NCBI GenBank assembly: GCA_030141605.1
Contig: JAQGDQ010002497.1
Coordinates: 1 to 17,773 of the forward strand
Source of the DNA: Tubiluchus corallicola
Lineage: Eukaryota; Animalia; Priapulida
DNA length: 17,773 bases
Direction of reading: 5' to 3'
Position 1 is the stretch's first letter. Each line of letters opens with the position of its first letter. A program made the translations under genes and the position numbers. This document shows positions 17,014-17,773 of this stretch, one piece after another. Below the pieces are notes generated by a model. The model had not been told where the DNA came from. It saw nothing but the letters and a program-made list of their open reading frames with translations, and did no database searches.

Positions 17014-17203
17014 AAAGAGCTATGAGACCACGCACAAAAGGTTTTTTAAACCACTTATTGCTATCAATCTTGATATCGTCACGCTTGACGACAATGCTAT
17101 GGTCGGCCCTTCTAACCGCAATTGCAAGCTTGCCAGGAGAACGCATCATAACACCTTCAATGACAGCCTGACCACCTATATTAACTTTAGTCTCCTGACC
17201 CAT
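17011..17203 (-). CDS. DUF1385 (YqhQ-like) membrane protein, 5' fragment only, inverted
   Basis: SD AGGAG then MGQETKVNIGGQAVIEGVMMRSP...AIAVRR...KKPFVRGLIALY, the DUF1385 signature N-terminus. Truncated at the junction. Confidence 0.88.
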
Positions 17204-17357
17204 AAACAAAACTCCTAAAAAAAACACCCTTTAACGGACTAAGATATAGCCAAATCAAAAAAAATCAAAGGCTATCCACAAAAGACCAGCTGCCGCTTAC
17301 ACCCAAGACGTAGACTTCATCATAAATGAATACGGGGAAGTCCTGTCAATCTCAATA

Positions 17358-17773
17358 TCAACCGCCAGACATCTGCAAGAAAAAGCTTCTAACCTCTGTG
17401 GCCTTTCCGCAACAAAACTTGCCCTCACTACAAGCACCGAAAACGCAAGAAGGACCTGCGTGTTTAAATATCGATGGTGCCTTGCGCAAAGCACACTCAA
17501 GCATAGATACCGCCATCTCCCTTATCTCCCACTGAGCTCTGTTGCAGCAGCGCAGACGGAAGAAATGCAGAAGTTCTCTGGCATTCATAGTTACAATGAT
17601 TTTGGTCTCAAACCCGTTGGGAAGGATAAACCTGGCATCCTCAGGGGGGATGTTGAGCGCAAGAAGTTCCTCATAGAGATTTGATAAACGCCCCATGATC
17701 TCTTCATACCTTGAGGTCGCATCATCACTTTCGGCAATGCTAGGCGGTAGAATATACTTAAATCCAGCCTCGT
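17358..17773 (-). CDS. thyX: ThyX 3' fragment, inverted relative to its 5' half and open to the window end
   Basis: The - strand reads EAGFKYILPPSI...PPEDARFILPNGFETKIIVTMNARELLHFFRLRCCNRAQWEIR...AGPSCVFGACSEGKFCCG, the ThyX C-terminal half. Confidence 0.93.
   Translation of the reverse strand, partial: EAGFKYILPPSIAESDDATSRYEEIMGRLSNLYEELLALNIPPEDARFILPNGFETKIIVTMNARELLHFFRLRCCNRAQWEIREMAVSMLECALRKAPSIFKHAGPSCVFGACSEGKFCCGKATEVRSFFLQMSGG

Noticed and set aside
17204-17357. thyX-DUF1385 spacer: TTGACA-19-TATGAT on the - strand, ATAGCC/GGCTAT hairpin, two A8 runs and ORF 17297..17500
   Set aside because: The promoter spacing is off, the stem is only 6 bp, and the runs are too short to argue for phase variation. 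The ORF mostly overlaps thyX out of frame.
1-17773. CRISPR array, tRNA/rRNA, IS element or recombinase gene
   Set aside because: No periodic repeat-spacer pattern, cloverleaf, rRNA-like stretch or transposase/integrase motif was seen. Nearly all sequence is explained by the listed CDSs.

Overview
Bacterial chromosomal segment; the protein sequences and the rho-rpmE-thyX-DUF1385 order suggest Deferribacterota or a deltaproteobacteria-like lineage (inference). The + strand carries a tightly coupled run: fliE-fliF-fliG-fliH-fliI-fliJ, a MotE/YlxF-like gene, a TrmR-like O-methyltransferase, a TrhP-like U32 protein and ligA. fliF, fliG and fliH contain at least five short indels, and fliG appears to start at ATA. 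A convergent accessory cassette follows (TRAP dctPQM plus a NagB-like gene, with a divergent GntR regulator), with two interlocked sigma70 promoters and a TTGTATACAA operator. Then come rho, rpmE and thyX. thyX breaks at about 17011-17014 inside its RHR active-site motif, and the rest of the window is inverted (thyX 3' part and DUF1385 5' part on the - strand). This is either an intragenic inversion or an assembly/amplification chimera. No RNA genes, CRISPR arrays or transposases were seen.
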